A DNA stretch of 64,000 nucleotides from Promethearchaeota archaeon (GTDB lineage: Archaea > Asgardarchaeota > Lokiarchaeia > Sigyniarchaeales > SOKP01). Of this stretch, positions 28,170 through 36,401 are shown piece after piece; position 1 is the stretch's first letter; every line of letters begins with the position of its first letter. The DNA is taken from assembly GCA_011364925.1 (NCBI GenBank), contig RDOA01000016.1, positions 1-64,000 of the forward strand. Reading direction: 5' to 3'. The translations under genes were made by a program, and so were the position numbers. Under the pieces are notes generated by a model that saw only the letters and a list, made by a program, of their open reading frames with translations, was not told the DNA's origin and did not search any database.

Positions 28170-28345
28170 AATAATTACTAGAAGACTAATTGTTCTTGAT
28201 ATTAAGAATTTTATCAATTATGATCTTTTCTGTTATAAATCCATTATTATATTAAATTTTCTGCTGATTTCATCATAAAAATTTCTAGCCTAGATTTTTA
28301 TGAATATAAGAATTCTTCAAGGTGTTTCCTATAAAAGTAAAAAAA

Positions 28346-29308
28346 TTAGATATTGTCTAATGTAATTACTACCTGTCCTTTCTTCTGCCCCGATTCGACA
28401 TACTTGTGAGCTTTAGCAATTTGCTCCAACGAAAAACGCTTATCTATGACTGCTCTTATTTTTCCTCCCTCAATAAGCTCTTTAAGGAAAATTAAATCCT
28501 CAGATCTCTCTTCTAAGAGACCACTTATAGCATTCTTGTTGAATGCTATCCGAAAAGCTCGTCCTAATCCGAATGTAGCAAAAACATAGAAACCTTCTTC
28601 CTTTAACGATCTCTTACTAGCTAAAAACGGACTCTTGCCTATTGTATCAAAAATTAAATCGTATTTCTCACCGTTTTTGGTAAAATTCTCTTTAGTATAA
28701 TCAATTACCTTATCTGCTCCAAGAGATTTCACTAATTCTAATTTTGGGGTACTGCACACCCCGGTAACTTCTGCTCCAAAATACTTGGCAAGCTGAACGG
28801 CATAAGTACCTAACCCTCCAGAAGCGCCAAAGATAAGAACATTTTGTCCACTCTGGATATTGCCTTTTCTTAGGAAATATAGTGATGTTAATCCCCCATA
28901 AGGAATAGCGGCGGCTTCTTCATAAGCTATATTGGAAGGTTTTAGTGCTACCGCACCATCTTCAGGTATACATACGTACTCAGCATTAGCTCCTAAATTC
29001 TCTCCCGTGAATCCAAAAACCTTGTCTCCTTTTTTAAAAAGATTTACATTTTTACCTATAGATTCAATTTCCCCAGCAAACTCCGTCCCAAGTATTTGTT
29101 TCTTTGGCCTACTGAACCCCGATGATAATCTTACTAGAAGTCCAAATCCTGGAGGGCCTGTGCAAGCTCGCCCCCAACAATCGTACAATGTTACTGTTGT
29201 CGCATGTACTCTTATCATTACATCATTATCCTTCGGAACTGGTTTTTCTACTTCCTTGATCTGGAGAACTTCTGGAGGTCCGTATTTTGAGTAAACAGCC
29301 GCTTTCAT
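28346..29308 (-). CDS. NAD(P)-dependent MDR-family oxidoreductase (quinone reductase-like)
   Basis: YGPPEVL, LGTEFAG, GASGGLG, LGADKVIDY, GQKKGQVVI. Confidence 0.9.
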   Translation of the reverse strand: MKAAVYSKYGPPEVLQIKEVEKPVPKDNDVMIRVHATTVTLYDCWGRACTGPPGFGLLVRLSSGFSRPKKQILGTEFAGEIESIGKNVNLFKKGDKVFGFTGENLGANAEYVCIPEDGAVALKPSNIAYEEAAAIPYGGLTSLYFLRKGNIQSGQNVLIFGASGGLGTYAVQLAKYFGAEVTGVCSTPKLELVKSLGADKVIDYTKENFTKNGEKYDLIFDTIGKSPFLASKRSLKEEGFYVFATFGLGRAFRIAFNKNAISGLLEERSEDLIFLKELIEGGKIRAVIDKRFSLEQIAKAHKYVESGQKKGQVVITLDNI

Positions 29309-29448
29309 AAAAGATTCATATCGAGAATCACCGAGATTCTCTTTTAATACTTTATTTTGTGTAATTTTTATCACTTTTTAAATAAATTTTATTTCTGATT
29401 TTTCTATTTATATTTCTCTTATTTACTATTAAAAAGGATTTAAGACTT

Positions 29449-30324
29449 CTATTTTCTTCCTTTCCGCATATAAATGTAGAATACTATTTCAGCGAGCAAA
29501 ATAACAGCTAATCCGATAAAAATAAAATAATATTCGTCTGGAACGCGTTCATGTTCTGGAATAAATTTTCCTGGCACGAAGTCAAGAAGGGTTTTTCCTC
29601 CATATGAAAACTTATAACTGGAAAGAACTCCCTTAGAATTATATTTTACATTTATATTAATAGCAGCGCTATTGTTTTCAAATCCTAAAGCTGGGATGTC
29701 TATTGAATAGCCATTTGATTGCGCTGTAGCCACTATATTTGTGTACAATCCACCTTTAGCGGTCATCTCTGCAAGGAATTCACTCACGAGTGTTGACCAG
29801 CTCATCGTTGTAGGAGCAATAAAAACACTGAACATAGTATAAAAACTGAACGAGTAACTTAAATTCACTGTTTGCTTTAAGAAACTTGATGTATCATTTA
29901 CTACGTACCATGTTTCATCCCATTCATCACTATCAAATAATGAAAGTATCCATCCAAAAGTTCCGTTTACAGGTGTATATGTAATTGTCGAATTATCACT
30001 TGGAGAAAACAATAACCCACTTTCCTCAACGCCTATAGAGGTAACTTTTAAAGGCCAATAGGATTGTGGTGGAGCAAAGTTTTTCCAGTCATTGAAAACT
30101 CTTGTTAAGTTAGATGCTCCTAATGGTACGAGATTTTCTAAAGTAGCTCCTAAATCATCATTAACATATGTGTTCCAGTTCTCTCTATATATACTAAGCG
30201 CCCATTCATATTCACCACCATTTTGTATTCCAACATACGATCCTTGTGCATTCGAAATTCTTATAAAAGGTATTAAGAGAAGAATAACAAGTGTTATAGA
30301 ACTTATACATTTCATTTTCTTCAT
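29449..30324 (-). CDS. Secreted/cell-surface protein with C-terminal TM anchor
   Basis: Signal peptide, YVGI..G.EY.W start of the mature region, C-terminal TM followed by RKGRK. Confidence 0.7.
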   Translation of the reverse strand: MKKMKCISSITLVILLLIPFIRISNAQGSYVGIQNGGEYEWALSIYRENWNTYVNDDLGATLENLVPLGASNLTRVFNDWKNFAPPQSYWPLKVTSIGVEESGLLFSPSDNSTITYTPVNGTFGWILSLFDSDEWDETWYVVNDTSSFLKQTVNLSYSFSFYTMFSVFIAPTTMSWSTLVSEFLAEMTAKGGLYTNIVATAQSNGYSIDIPALGFENNSAAININVKYNSKGVLSSYKFSYGGKTLLDFVPGKFIPEHERVPDEYYFIFIGLAVILLAEIVFYIYMRKGRK

Positions 30325-30363
30325 TTTTCATCATCTCTTTGTTTTGTTTATTCAAATAAATTT

Positions 30364-31134
30364 CTAAGCCCTGCCGTACTTCTTGAATAATAGGATTCCT
30401 GCGATAATTAGTACAAGGCTGAAAGCTACAAGGATTAACAAATCCCACCAAATCCTTAAATTACCTAAATCGACACCGAAGAAGAGAAGAGATAAAGCAT
30501 CTGAAGCGTAATACAATGGCATAAACATAGTAACTATCTGGGTCTCCGGGGGTAAAGGGTATAAATTCGATGCAAGCAGCTGCTGCGGTAAGAGAAAAAT
30601 CCAAACTAAACCTCCAGCAGCTTTGGCGCTCTTTGATACAGTTGCCGTAATCAATCCAAAACCAATAGTGGATAAGGTAAAAATTATCATAATCACAAAT
30701 GAAAGGAGTATCCCCGTGAGCGTTATGTACCGCATCGCCCCCATTAGAAATGTAAGAACGAAAATTATTGCCACTTGAATAATCGCCATGAATATATTTG
30801 ATATTATATGACTTACCATGAATTCTGCTGCGGTGGTTGGTGTTGTGTTGATTCTTTTTAATAATCCTTGTTCTCGATCCTCTGAAAACGATAAAGCAAC
30901 GGGTATCGCTATGAAAAGCCCGCTAATGGCAATGAATCCGGGAACCATGAATTCGAACAAATATCCATCTTGTCCTGTCCATCCATAATCTTCTACATAT
31001 ATCGATCCAAACGCAAAGCCAAATATCAATATTAGCGCAACGGGAAGTATTAATATTATAAATAGTGCCGTTGGTACCTTGATTAAGCTTTTAAGTTGTA
31101 TTTTGACAAAAGCAAAAATTCGCTGTCGTTTCAT
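30364..31134 (-). CDS. ABC-2 type exporter permease
   Basis: FMVPG, DREQGLLKRINTTP, six TM segments. Confidence 0.9.
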   Translation of the reverse strand: MKRQRIFAFVKIQLKSLIKVPTALFIILILPVALILIFGFAFGSIYVEDYGWTGQDGYLFEFMVPGFIAISGLFIAIPVALSFSEDREQGLLKRINTTPTTAAEFMVSHIISNIFMAIIQVAIIFVLTFLMGAMRYITLTGILLSFVIMIIFTLSTIGFGLITATVSKSAKAAGGLVWIFLLPQQLLASNLYPLPPETQIVTMFMPLYYASDALSLLFFGVDLGNLRIWWDLLILVAFSLVLIIAGILLFKKYGRA

Positions 31135-31136
31135 CT

Positions 31137-31970
31137 TTAGAGCCCCTCCATAATTCTTCTTCCCGTAATTTTTAAAAATACTTCCTCCAAGTCTTTAGCA
31201 CCATGCTTTGCGATCAATTCTTTTGGCGGTCCTAATGCGACCAATTTACCGAAATCAATAATGGCAACGCGATCGCAGAGTACCTCTGCTTCTTCAATGT
31301 AGTGCGTTGTCAAGATTACAGTTTTATTTGTATTCTTTAACGAATTAATGAAATCCCAAGTCGCACGTCGGACTCTTGCGTCCATTCCGACTGTTGGCTC
31401 GTCCAGAAACAAGATTGCTGGGTCACTAATTAATGCTACAATAAGATTTAGTTGTCTTAACATCCCACCGCTATATTTTTTTGCGGCTCTATTAGCGGCT
31501 TTTGATAATCCCAATAAATTCAGGAACTTCTCCATCCTTTCGTTTATTACTTCTTTTTTCACAAGATGTAAATTCCCAAAAAGTTCGATATTTTCTTTAG
31601 CATTGAGATATTGATAAACCGATGCTTGCTGAGGACACACTCCAATTAATTCTTTGATTTTGGGAAGGTTTTTTTTAACATCGTAACCTCCTACAAACGC
31701 CTCTCCTTCGGTTTGATCCAACAAGCCAACCAAAATGTTAATTGTTGTCGTCTTTCCCGCTCCGTTTGGACCCAAAAGCCCAAATAACTCTCCCTTGTTT
31801 ACTGAGAAAGATATTCCATCAACAGCTCTAACTTCTTCTATAACTTTTCTTCCCGTATAAATCTTCACTAAATCCCTAACTTCAATAGCATTGGGATTCT
31901 CAGGACCAAATTTTAATTTAAAATCTTCTGTTTTTGATTCTGACATTATATTCATTTCACATTCTTTCAA
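31137..31970 (-). CDS. ABC exporter ATP-binding protein (DrrA-like)
   Basis: GPNGAGKT, YSGGM, LFLDEPT, TTHY. Confidence 0.95.
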   Translation of the reverse strand: MKECEMNIMSESKTEDFKLKFGPENPNAIEVRDLVKIYTGRKVIEEVRAVDGISFSVNKGELFGLLGPNGAGKTTTINILVGLLDQTEGEAFVGGYDVKKNLPKIKELIGVCPQQASVYQYLNAKENIELFGNLHLVKKEVINERMEKFLNLLGLSKAANRAAKKYSGGMLRQLNLIVALISDPAILFLDEPTVGMDARVRRATWDFINSLKNTNKTVILTTHYIEEAEVLCDRVAIIDFGKLVALGPPKELIAKHGAKDLEEVFLKITGRRIMEGL

Positions 31971-32068
31971 ATTTAATTTTTTTAAAATTGGTTTTTTTTT
32001 TCAAAATTTATTCTGGTTGATTGAGATTCTCTCTATTAATAGTACCTCTATTAAAAAAAAGTACTGAA

Positions 32069-32431
32069 TTAATTGATAACTTCTTTATTATTAGCGCTTA
32101 ACTTAATAAATCCTCCAGATAATACTCCAAACAATATAGTAAGGGAGATCGCAACAACCAGAAACAACATATCTCCTGGAGCGATTAGGGCATAACATAC
32201 CCACACAACTGCTATAGATGCACCAAATAACCAGCCAAGAACTTCTTTCAAAACATTTTTCTTTTCGCTTATGGCAATAAGTCCTCCAGATAACGTACCT
32301 AGCAGAATCGTAAGAGAAATTGCAACAGCGAGAAAGACTCTATTATTTGCTCCAAGAAAAGCAAAAGCAATCCACACTACTGCTATGCCCGCTCCTAAAA
32401 TTTCAGCAACTAATCTTTTTGAATTATACAA
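32069..32431 (-). CDS. Small 4-TM membrane protein made of two internal repeats
   Basis: GAGIAVVW...FLAVAISLTILLGTLSGG is repeated as GASIAVVW...FLVVAISLTILFGVLSGG. Confidence 0.7.
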   Translation of the reverse strand: MYNSKRLVAEILGAGIAVVWIAFAFLGANNRVFLAVAISLTILLGTLSGGLIAISEKKNVLKEVLGWLFGASIAVVWVCYALIAPGDMLFLVVAISLTILFGVLSGGFIKLSANNKEVIN

Positions 32432-32653
32432 TCATGTCACCGTTTAAATTAGAGTTAATATTTAGTTTAATATATTTAGTTTTATATACTTTAACCAATT
32501 GTTTAAAGAGTTTTTATAAACTATGAATAATAATTCATTTCTTTGATTTAATAAATTGTTTGGTTTTAAAATTGGAATTTTATCAAAGACTACCAATAAG
32601 TTTATCATTTTACTCTTAAAAAGTAAATTCTGTTCCTTAAAGGTTATATCTCT

Positions 32654-33301
32654 TTATGAAAATATTAATAACCATCCTCCTAAGATTATTTCAAAAAACA
32701 AAACCAAGAGACCTCCAATATTCCAAAGGATTTTAAAGTTGGACTTTCTCTGGAATATCATGTTACCAACACCATAGAGAATGCTAGCAATAATTCCAAA
32801 CCACCCGATAATTATAGGTATGACTTCATATATAACAAACAAGAGTGAATATGCAAACGTACCGATTGAGAATAAGATCTGGGCAAATGCGAATCTAGAA
32901 GCTTTTGTTTTAAGAATGCTACGACCTAAATCAATTAACACATCTTTTTCGACACCACTAGTATTTGAGTACTTCAGTGCTGTATCTAAGAGTCTCCAGT
33001 AATTATTTTTGTCATAAATTTGTATCGAACCTTCTCCTATCCGAGCGACACACCAGATGATTCCAAGTATTATATTATATTGACCAAAAGCAATAAGCAA
33101 TGTTATAGCAAGAGAAACTATGCTAATGTGCTCTAAGAGGATTAAAATCACGCCAATCTTAAATTTCGTAGGATTATCATTGATCTTCTTTAGTTTGGCT
33201 TCTGAGTCCAATTCTCCAATTGTTTTATACCCAAATATACCACTTGCAATATTTGAAATTATAATAAACAGGAAAAGGAAACCAGATATTTTATCAAAAA
33301 T
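32654..33301 (-). CDS. DUF4386-like membrane protein (apparent ATT start)
   Basis: ARIGEG, IPIIIGWFG, FEIILGGWL. Frame extends upstream with an extra TM (ISGFLFLFIIISNIASG); AGGTG lies 7 nt before an ATT at 33301. Confidence 0.65.
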   Translation of the reverse strand: MFDKISGFLFLFIIISNIASGIFGYKTIGELDSEAKLKKINDNPTKFKIGVILILLEHISIVSLAITLLIAFGQYNIILGIIWCVARIGEGSIQIYDKNNYWRLLDTALKYSNTSGVEKDVLIDLGRSILKTKASRFAFAQILFSIGTFAYSLLFVIYEVIPIIIGWFGIIASILYGVGNMIFQRKSNFKILWNIGGLLVLFFEIILGGWLLIFS

Positions 33302-33458
33302 TACAATGCACCTATATCTTACTATTTTTAATTAAATAAATTTGTTTCTTTGATTTTTACATTTATTTCTAAGAATTTGATACTCTTTTGTAGATATTCT
33401 AATAAATTAATTAAAAACCTTAAAATAATAAAAAGGGTTTTATTAAGAAATTATCTAC

Positions 33459-33713
33459 TTAATCTTTGCCTCGAATCAGTTTAACTAAGAAGATTATTAG
33501 GAATATTGCTCCAATTGTAACGCATATAATAGGAATCGCTTCAGTGACGATCCCTACCATAAGTACTTCGGGTGTACTAATAGAATCTATGAAATCTTGA
33601 TAACTTAAAATATCAGGGTAATACTAACCAAATAACGGAGGTATTACAAACATTGTTACTATAAAAATAAGAACTAGAATTATTCCAATAGTAAATGCTG
33701 TCCATTTTTTCAT
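33459..33713 (-). pseudogene. Unannotated 84-codon two-TM ORF with an in-frame TAG at codon 30
   Basis: MKKWTAFTIGIILVLIFIVTMFVIPPLFG*YYPDILSYQDFIDSISTPEVLMVGIVTEAIPIICVTIGAIFLIIFLVKLIRGKD; TAG at 33626-33624. Confidence 0.6.
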
Positions 33714-33788
33714 TTGAATTAACTCTATTTTTTAAAATTACAAATTGATACCAAATAATATAATGATTATGCATTAAATAAATAAATA

Positions 33789-34571
33789 ATGATTAGGCAG
33801 ATTAAAGATAAGGAATCTCTTTATAACTTTTTTAAAAAAGATGTGTTTTTATTTGCTTACCACATAGGGGATCTCGACGATTTTTACTTTTCAGATTGTA
33901 AATGGTTTGGAATAGAAGAAAATGGGCAGATTTTAGAAGTAATATTGTTATATTCAGGTTTAAAGGTTCCAACCCTTTTGTTGTTTGGTTCAGTCGAAAG
34001 GATTCCATATCTGGTCAAAAAAATGATAGATAAACTCCCAGATCGTTTCTATTGTCATTATCAAGGTAATTTTCACGAGTTATTTAGACCAGATTACAGA
34101 ATGACCTCTTTAGGAACCCATTTGAAAATGAAATATCAAGGAGCGGTTTCTAAAATCTCCAATATTAATACGTGTGAAATAATTCAGTTAACAGAGAAGG
34201 ATATACCAGATCTTCTTATACTATATCAACAAGCTTATCCAGAAGGTTATTTTGTACCATATATGGTAAAAACAGGGAAATATTACGGAGTTAGAGTTGA
34301 TAATAGAATTATTTCCGTAGCGGGGGTTCATGTTTTTTCTACATCATATAATATAGCTGTTTTGGGAAATATTACAACTCATCCTAAATATCGTGGAAAA
34401 GGACTGGCGAAAAAATGTACAGCGCGATTGTTAAAATCGTTTAACGGAGAGATAGACCGAATTGGTTTGAATGTTAAGAAAGACAATATTACTGCCTTAA
34501 AATTATATGAAGATTTAGGCTTTATCGCCCAATCTACCTACAAAGAAGCCTATTTTGAAAAAATTAGATGA
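33789..34571 (+). CDS. GNAT-family acetyltransferase (FR47-like)
   Basis: LGNITTHPKYRGKGLA; NITALKLYEDLGF. Confidence 0.88.
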   Translation: MIRQIKDKESLYNFFKKDVFLFAYHIGDLDDFYFSDCKWFGIEENGQILEVILLYSGLKVPTLLLFGSVERIPYLVKKMIDKLPDRFYCHYQGNFHELFRPDYRMTSLGTHLKMKYQGAVSKISNINTCEIIQLTEKDIPDLLILYQQAYPEGYFVPYMVKTGKYYGVRVDNRIISVAGVHVFSTSYNIAVLGNITTHPKYRGKGLAKKCTARLLKSFNGEIDRIGLNVKKDNITALKLYEDLGFIAQSTYKEAYFEKIR

Positions 34572-34613
34572 AAATCTATGTAACTTTTAATTCTAATAAG
34601 ATTTAAAATACCT

Positions 34614-35222
34614 ATGATATTATATCAAATTCTAGCGATTTGTGGTATGCTCAGTCCAATTGTGTATACTTTAATGTGGATATATGTTGGTAGCTTAGAT
34701 TCAGAATACAATCACATCCGAGACGATATTAGTTCGCTGTTTGCGATTGGTGCTCCTAAAAGACGCCTAGCACAAATTTTTATAATAGTGTCCAGCGTTC
34801 TACTACTGCTATTTTATCTCGGACTACACGAGGGTTTAAACGATGGAGGAGGGTCAGTTATAGGTCCATCTTTACTGGTTGCTAGCTCAATTTTAGGAGT
34901 TTTTGTTGCGCTCTTTTTTCCTCTTGATGAAGGTGGAGAAATAAAAACTTACAGGGGAAAACTGCACGTAATCCTCGTGGTGGCGTCTGGAATATTGACA
35001 ATCATAGGGATGGTTGCTCTGTGGCTTCGATTACAGTCAGTAACCTTCTGGAATGGATTTGCTATATTCTCACTCGTTTCTGCTATAGTTTCAGCAATCC
35101 TTATAACAATTTCAGGTATCTTCGCTCGAGGAAAATACCGAGGTATACTCGAGAGATTTGGCGTTACCCCCTATCAAGTCTACTACTTTGTTCTAGGTCT
35201 GATGGTATTTTTAGCAAATTGA
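34614..35222 (+). CDS. DUF998-family membrane protein
   Basis: YNHIRDDISSL.A.GAP, FFPLD...LH, GILER. Confidence 0.8.
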   Translation: MILYQILAICGMLSPIVYTLMWIYVGSLDSEYNHIRDDISSLFAIGAPKRRLAQIFIIVSSVLLLLFYLGLHEGLNDGGGSVIGPSLLVASSILGVFVALFFPLDEGGEIKTYRGKLHVILVVASGILTIIGMVALWLRLQSVTFWNGFAIFSLVSAIVSAILITISGIFARGKYRGILERFGVTPYQVYYFVLGLMVFLAN

Positions 35223-35460
35223 CTTAATTATTTTTTTTTATTTTTCCCCTAATGCAGAAATCCTAGTTTCATTATTTTGCCGTGATCTAACAATAAAATA
35301 TGATCATTACAATTATTAGTTGTGCCATACAAGTAAATCCCGTAAGTAAACCACCAAATTTTAATGGGAAAAAAATCGGTAATAATAAAAAAATAAAAAT
35401 TAATTAAGTCTTATTATTCTATAATTTTCTGCTTAATCAACATGATTGCTAATATAATCA

Positions 35461-36249
35461 TTATTTGGTATCAAATTTTTTATCAAAACCTCTTGAAGCT
35501 AAGCTGAGCATACGCTTAGCAACAAAAGTCTTCAGTGGGTTCACCTTTGTTTCATAAAAGAAATTTTCCTTGTCCTTATAGAAATTATAATCAGCAGAAA
35601 AATGATGTTTGTTCCTTTCCGATGTGGTTTTAAAGGCTTGAAACCATAAGACATTCCAAAACGTGGGTGGAAGCGGTTTGTCAGACTTGAGCGCCTTATA
35701 GAATTTATAGGACGCTATTTGAATATCTCGAGTAATCTTTTCTTCATATTTGGGCTTGTATTTAAATGGAGGTGTTTTTACGGCCAGTTTAGACACCAGA
35801 TAACCACCGCCCATGGTATTAGAAAGAGCTTTAAGTGTCGGTTTAATTCCAACTTCACCAGCTGTTACTAGCAACATGAGCTTTTGGTTGATGTATTTTG
35901 GACGGTGAAGTGTGTAAGCAAATCTATCCATAAAGTTTTTCATCAGCCATGGTACATTCACCGAGTAAACAGGTGAAGCAAGAATAACACCGTTAGAAGC
36001 AAGAATTCTTTCCTCGATATCGGCCCGAGAATCCTTCAGGGGACATTTATCCTCACCACGTGGAATACAAGCGAAGCACCCCCTACACAATTCGAGATTG
36101 GCATCCTTCAGGAAGAGATAATCGAATTCTAAATCCAGTTTTCCCTTTTTATCGCTATTGGCAAAAGATTTCAGGTGATTTTCTACCTGTTGAGTAATTC
36201 TGTAACTATTTCCTTTTTTCGGGCTACCGATTATGGCTAGAACTTTCAT
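35461..36249 (-). CDS. NADPH-dependent FMN reductase / iron-sulfur flavoprotein family
   Basis: IIGSPKKGNS, CRGCFAC-x7-CP, ASPVY, MKNFMDR. Confidence 0.85.
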   Translation of the reverse strand: MKVLAIIGSPKKGNSYRITQQVENHLKSFANSDKKGKLDLEFDYLFLKDANLELCRGCFACIPRGEDKCPLKDSRADIEERILASNGVILASPVYSVNVPWLMKNFMDRFAYTLHRPKYINQKLMLLVTAGEVGIKPTLKALSNTMGGGYLVSKLAVKTPPFKYKPKYEEKITRDIQIASYKFYKALKSDKPLPPTFWNVLWFQAFKTTSERNKHHFSADYNFYKDKENFFYETKVNPLKTFVAKRMLSLASRGFDKKFDTK

Positions 36250-36401
36250 TATCTCCTCATCTTTTTCAACATCTTCTGTCTGTTCATTTATCATAGACAT
36301 GCTAGCAAAAGAATTCATGATTTATAAGTATAAATAGTGCCCCTTTCAAGTAGACTTAATTGTAAACAATATAAAAAAAAAAAATATAATGAGAACTTTT
36401 T

